A stretch of DNA of 58,208 nt, filler included, from Bipalium vagum (lineage: Eukaryota), in NCBI GenBank assembly GCA_037834085.1. It is 3 parts of 3 records of this genome, joined end to end, with 100 filler letters (N's around TTAATTAATTAA, not from the genome) between each part and the next. Parts side by side here need not be neighbours in the genome. Positions count along the whole stretch, not along the records: positions 34,004 to 58,208 come from JBBMKC010202161.1; 2 more parts are not named here. One strand, 5' to 3'. The notes under the pieces were generated by a model, which was not told the origin of the DNA, ran no database searches, and saw only the letters and a program-made list of their open reading frames with translations. Below are positions 53,701-58,208 of this stretch, piece by piece; position 1 is the stretch's first letter; each line of letters begins with the position of its first letter. The position numbers and the translations under genes were made by a program.

Positions 53701-54156
53701 TCTTAATTTATAGCACTTAATTCATTTAAAAGGTTGGGATATTCAAATTGCCTGGTAGATGGCAGAAAGTCTTGGAACAAAAAGGATAGTACATCATTAC
53801 TATTGGTCTAAATTTTTACTAAAAAATATGAAGTGACTTTCTTACTTTAGTAAAGTATCATTATAAAATAATTAAACATATATTTATAAATATAAATATA
53901 ATGTTAAAAAATTAAATTTATAATAATAATAATAACGAAAACTATCCATAGGAAAAAAATGAAAATAGATCTCGAATCAATGGATTGGAAAATTTCCTGG
54001 AGTGATATTGAAACTCAAGAAAAAAGACAAAGAAGACGGTCACTTAATTCTGGAAATAAAAAGAATTCATTTTTACCAATGATTGTGGAAAGCCGCTTAA
54101 GTAATTCTGGCAACAACTATCTAAATCCAAAGTATAAAGGAAATTCAGTTAAAGAG
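38306..54156 (+). CDS. Receptor-type guanylyl cyclase (natriuretic peptide receptor-like), internal fragment of three exons
   Basis: Exon 38306-38435 reads VVGTFFGRTSKLVMSNNKSIDWANDKNVAPPDTPACGFEDTEC, the juxtamembrane W...PPD.P.CGF...C motif. Exon 38901-38985 is a TM helix, ASTSPWVVAVLSVIFITTALSIGVLIYV. Exon 53952-54156 reads RKKMKIDLESMDWKISWSDIE..., the W-x-I-x-W-x-D motif that precedes the kinase-homology domain. GT-AG introns, phases 1 and 2 match. Ectodomain, KHD and cyclase exons were not found in the window. Confidence 0.85.
38666..38716. repeat. (ATT)n microsatellite
   Basis: Direct inspection. Confidence 0.9.
39510..39975 (+). mobile_element. Mariner transposase C-terminal relic
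   Basis: ITSDLYCEQ, QDNGRPR, a degenerate YSPD-I-PSD motif, and FGNYFDE*. Confidence 0.7.
40560..40900 (+). mobile_element. Tc1 transposase relic
   Basis: KFPQQSSNLNSIENLWFQLKR (WP.QSPDLNPIENLW). Confidence 0.55.
42165..42878 (+). mobile_element. Tc1 element, 3' half with right TIR
   Basis: WHRVVWSNESRF...GRIWMWRR...TTVKHSGGSV, KSPDLNPIEWLWDDVERRI, KGYSTPY*. Terminus ...ttttggcagggcagtg. Confidence 0.88.
43011..44039 (+). mobile_element. Tc1 element, near-complete transposase pseudogene with right TIR
   Basis: KYVETGSVLNK...GRPHILS, WKVVV, KRINGNMNAKKY, PWADYSSDTKPIENYW, SKGYPTRY*. Terminus ...ttttaggaggactg. Confidence 0.85.
46060..46260 (-). mobile_element. Mariner transposase internal fragment
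   Basis: VIYYELLQTG and RVLLQHGNAKLH (HDNARPH). Confidence 0.65.
46280..47400 (-). mobile_element. Degenerate non-LTR retrotransposon RT (R2/NeSL-like)
   Basis: Ordered remnants FNISKPYATI (D..KAFDSV), YFVLCDDII (FADD) and KLVP..QMINFLKIYAI (S.L.P.QK...LK). Many stops and frameshifts. Confidence 0.45.
48736..49206 (+). mobile_element. 471-bp non-autonomous Tc1/mariner (rosa/DD41D-like) deletion derivative
   Basis: TA|CAGTGTGTCTCAAAA...TTTTGGGCCACACTG|TA gives TIRs with TA target duplications. The internal remnant FNRTPQTSVRQASLELGISKDSVHR...MKCYKPRLVH stops before the catalytic domain. Confidence 0.85.
51910..53385 (+). mobile_element. CMC-Chapaev3-like transposase pseudogene
   Basis: HSNFFCDIC, YSNLRSAIRPVTH, FTQNELIDLVRD, WRIFIDSSKKSLKAVLLHNGN, WLICSDFK, MSLKLQFLHRHL, SEEQNERFHQD, MLADY in the canonical order. 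Stops and frameshifts. Confidence 0.85.
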
Positions 54157-54944
54157 GTAATTTGTTCGTTTTCTCTACAGATGTACATGTTCTTGATATT
54201 CACAACAGAAAATCCAATACAATAATAATTTGCAAAAATTTCTGAGATACATTTTTTTCAAGAATTTTCATTTATCAATTTTATCAAATTTCTCATTTTT
54301 TAAATAAATCAATGTTCTCACATTTTGTCATAGATCAAGAAAAATAATAATTTTATATATTTTCATTGAAATTTTTTTTAGCTCAAATACTAAAAATATA
54401 AATATTTACATAATTCGGAAAATGGCAAAAAAAACCAGCAAATTGTTTTACCCGGGATTGGGTATTTATTTTTTCATTTTATTTCGTATAAGAAATACAG
54501 CCAAGCTTTTATTATGGAGTACAAGCTGTTAGAAGGGGTCCCAAAATAGCATTTGGTTCATTATTAGAAGTTGATACATAGAAAAATCTTAAAACCGTGT
54601 AATATGTGCTTATGCAAGGTCATCCATGATTCATTTTTAAAATATCTTTTTATAATAAAGAAAACAAAGACTTTTTTCTGTAATTATTTATTTAAATACA
54701 AAAGTTACACATGGAAAATAATATTTCTAAATGCCTTCATCTGGAGGTCTTACACTCACGTGATCTTTCCTAGGTTTTTTCAATCACTTTACATAATTCC
54801 AGGGATATATTTTAAATTACCTGTAAAAAATAAAACAAATTTTGTAACGATTTAGTATACCTTTTATTTTTTAAGTAAACGCATTAACAGTAAAAAAACT
54901 CATACTATGATTAATATTCCGAATTGTTTTAATAATCGCACTAA

Positions 54945-55833
54945 AATGATGGCAGTATCTCTAACTGAACGCACAAAAGAAGATGTGTGTAAAAATTCGA
55001 TTCTTAGGCAGTGAATACGAAATTCCTGCTAATATTTATTGCAAAATGTTATCAGAGTATTGAGATGCGTGTTTGTCACTTCAACAGGTATATGAATTGC
55101 ATAGGAAATTCAAAAGCGAATTAACAAGTCTGAGCGATGCACCCCGATCTGGGAGACCCAGAGAAAATTTCCGAAATTGATCATATCTCATGTGAGAACA
55201 AGCGAATAAAAATTGATGAAATAGCCTCTAAAAAATGATAAGTCACGACTCAGTCTATTATATCATACACGATGTGTTAAAATATGTAAACGTTCTGCTA
55301 ATGTGTTCTAAGACAGCTTACTCACGAGATGAAAGTCTGTTTGATGCACATCTGTTAAACGCTCCTTCATCGATATGAAACATGTAATTCAAAATCATCT
55401 AAAACCTACTATACCTAGAAAGCGGCGTTGACTACTTAGTCGTGGTGTTCTACTGCAGCATGATAATGCACGACCACAAACTGTCAATGCTACAGTGAAT
55501 AAAATTAAAGGACTCTAAATTGAATGTTTTCAGCATTCTGCTTATTTGATCTACCTCGCCCCTTGTGATTTCCCTCTATTTGGATCACTGAAAGGAGACC
55601 CTAGGAGGAAGAAAGTTCGATTCAGATGTAGAGCTCAAAAAGCAGTGCATCAGTGGATTCGTAGTCATCCAAAAGATTTCTTCTCTCATGGATTTCAGGC
55701 TTTAATTAAGCAGTGTCGTATGCGCATTGAACTTGGAGGGGACTATGTTGGAAAGTGACATTGACGCTCAAATTTGAATTTTTTTTAAAATAAAATAAAC
55801 GTGTTTTAAAGTTACTTTTTGACTGACATTAGT
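54945..55833 (+). mobile_element. Mariner element, internally deleted pseudogene
   Basis: SLSDAPRSGRP, GVLLQHDNARPQT, LAPCDFPLFGSLK, ELGGDYVGK*. Confidence 0.88.
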
Positions 55834-56739
55834 ATTAAAATTTTTGGACCAAAAAATATAATGATTACGAATTATTGGCCCAAATCAGAAATTGATGTAA
55901 AACAAAAGTTTGACTGTATTCATAGTTTTTTAATTCCTTCTTGTGGGACATTTATTTCTTAAATTCATGAAGAAATGTAGAAATATTTCCATAGTTTTAT
56001 TTTTGAAATTGTTTTTTTACTGACAGACAATGCCTAATTTAATTATTTTGGCAAGTATAAATTATGCGTATTCGTTAATAAATGTTTATTTTGGAAATTT
56101 GAATACAGTTCTTAATTTTTATCTACTAAAAGGAATTTCTTCAGGATAATTAGACTTAAATTAAATTACTGGGTTATTTTTGAAATATAAATTTTAAATA
56201 AATATTTCTTAAATAAAAAATGTTGTAATAATTTCGAAAATTTTATTTTCGTTGAGCGTATGTTATAAAAATAAAACATATTTTATTTTATTTTTCCTTC
56301 AAATGTGATTGGATGAAATTTTAGTCAGTCATTTTCTGTATAATAATTATCTATTAATTATTACACATATTTCCATAATAGACAAATGAGAGAAAAATTA
56401 TTATGATGATGAAAAAAGAATTTTTAAAAGTTTTTAAATAATAAAACATTTGTAAAATTCGAAATTGGAAATTAAAAATATAAGAAAACTACTGACCTAT
56501 TGTGAAACCAAACTTTTTTTGATAGTGAAGGGTGTGTATATAATAAGCATCAGATTTTAAAATTTATTAATCTAAATTATTTTCAACATAAGATTACAAA
56601 TCTTTGGCACAGTAACATTTACCTATTAAAATTTAATACTTTTTTACAGAATGACCATTAACTTTCATACATTTATGTAAGCATTTGGAAAAGACATTCA
56701 TATAATTTTGAAACATTTCTGATATTCTATTGTATCTTC

Positions 56740-57280
56740 ATTTGACTAATATTTTCAGGTATTGAGTAGGTTTTGGTTTTTCTTTATATATATATATACT
56801 AACTCAGTAACAAAACTGGATATTCAGGGGAAAAGGTACATCTATGCATATGGTGGGATCACAAAGATATTTTATACCATGAAATACGGAAAGTTGGTGA
56901 AACAGTTAATGCTATCAGTTACAAGCAATAGCTTATACGATTAAACAAAGAAATCATAACCAAAAGACCAGAATGGGCTGATAGACATGACAAGGTAATA
57001 TTGTTCCATGACAATACTCGGCCTCATGTTGCAAAAACCATTTCTAAGACAATAAAACAGCTGAAATTTGTTGTCATACCCCACTCGCCATACTCTCCAG
57101 ATTTTGCTCACCAGATTACTATTTGTTCGTTCAATGACACACTACCTGTCAGAGCAGAATTTCAAAATTTATGAGGATGAGTTGGTTTGTACAAAATCAA
57201 GACTTTTTCATGACCGTTTTCATAATAGCTAAAACTTTTGGAAAATGCTGTTATGGATGATGGGAATAATTCTACATAAC
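56740..57280 (+). mobile_element. Mariner (Mos1-like) transposase C-terminal half, pseudogene
   Basis: IWWDHKDILYHE, KRPEWADRHDKVILFHDNTRPHVAK, PHSPYSPDFA, RSMTHYLSEQNF. Confidence 0.88.
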
Positions 57281-57339
57281 ATTTTTAATGTAATTGTTTT
57301 GAATTTTTATAAATCTGCTTTTTAATAAGAGGTCAATAC

Positions 57340-57697
57340 CATAGTTATATCGCGCATTTTTTTCATATTCAATTTGTAGACTTCCAGACCTTTAAAGATC
57401 ACAATCACTTCCAGTCTCTTTGACTTTTACAAATATGTCTTCATTATCTTCACTATATGTATCTTTTTTCATTTCAACGTTCTAAATGCCACCTGACTCC
57501 ATCTAAGCTATCACTCAACATTATCAATTAAATGTATTGCAATTAAAATCGATAGAACTGACTTAAATCAATTCAAAATTTACTTTAAATATCGGAAATT
57601 GTATTTCTTAGAAAAATATTAGCTGAACATATTTGTATATGGTAACTATATATTTTGATGAACTCCAAAATCGGCTACTTATTTTATACATACCCTG
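57340..57697 (-). mobile_element. Tc1/mariner left end relic
   Basis: Terminus (minus) TA|CAGGGTATGTATAAAATAAGT and remnant KETGSDCDL*RSG. Confidence 0.5.
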
Positions 57698-58208
57698 TAG
57701 ATTAATGGTCTCAGACTCATCTAGGGGAAATATATGATATTAATATATTGTTCAAACGTTGAGGCCATGTTTCAGATCTTTACTAAATGTTCAATTTATC
57801 GAATGTTTCTTTGCAGGACATTACTGAATTAAAATGTAATCAGCTTATTTCATTATTCAAGAGATCGTTTTCTTATAAAAGATGATATATCGAAATGATC
57901 GAAAACCTTATGATTTTGGATCAATAATTATCTTAGAGAGGTCCATTCATTTGATGATATTTAAATAACACTTTGATTCAAACTAAAAAAATGAATAATA
58001 TAAAAATATACTTATTTATTCAATCTCATTAAAAGTTGATTTAATAAATATTGTTTTATTTTAGCAAATCGTTTTACTTTTAATTGGCATTTATTAATTT
58101 CACAAAAGAGTAAAGTGCACAAAGTTGATGGTGTGAGTATTTGAACATATTTTTGAATTTTTAAATTTTTATAAAGTGTCCTTTTTAAAACTCGATATTC
58201 GAAGATTC

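Noticed and set aside
1-58208. Prokaryotic-type systems (CRISPR array, operons), rRNA or tRNA genes
   Set aside because: No regularly spaced repeats, operon-like ORF runs, rRNA blocks or cloverleaf signatures seen. The sequence is intron-containing animal DNA.

Overview
Very AT-rich animal genomic DNA with spliceosomal GT-AG introns and the standard genetic code. The style is compatible with a flatworm such as a planarian, but that is inference only. The window is three contigs (1-17858, 17959-33903, 34004-58208) joined by identical artificial 100-nt linkers (44N-TTAATTAATTAA-44N). Contig 2 carries a phase-consistent 14-exon, 921-codon, 3'-incomplete MAP3K4/MEKK4-like kinase gene on the + strand (20029-32912). 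Contig 3 carries three exons of a receptor guanylyl cyclase (NPR/GC-A type), one pair separated by a 15-kb intron. Contig 1 has no confidently identified host gene, only a candidate micro-exon gene on the - strand near 7 kb. Most remaining recognisable sequence is decayed transposons (many mariner copies, Tc1, maT-like, rosa/DD41D-like, Tigger/pogo, Chapaev3, CGGBP1-like, non-LTR relics) plus (AAT/ATT)n microsatellites. I found no convincing new multi-gene system. The most interesting leads are the unusual MEKK4 (apparently missing its N-terminal regulatory region, and without Ser/Thr in the activation loop) and the micro-exon cluster.
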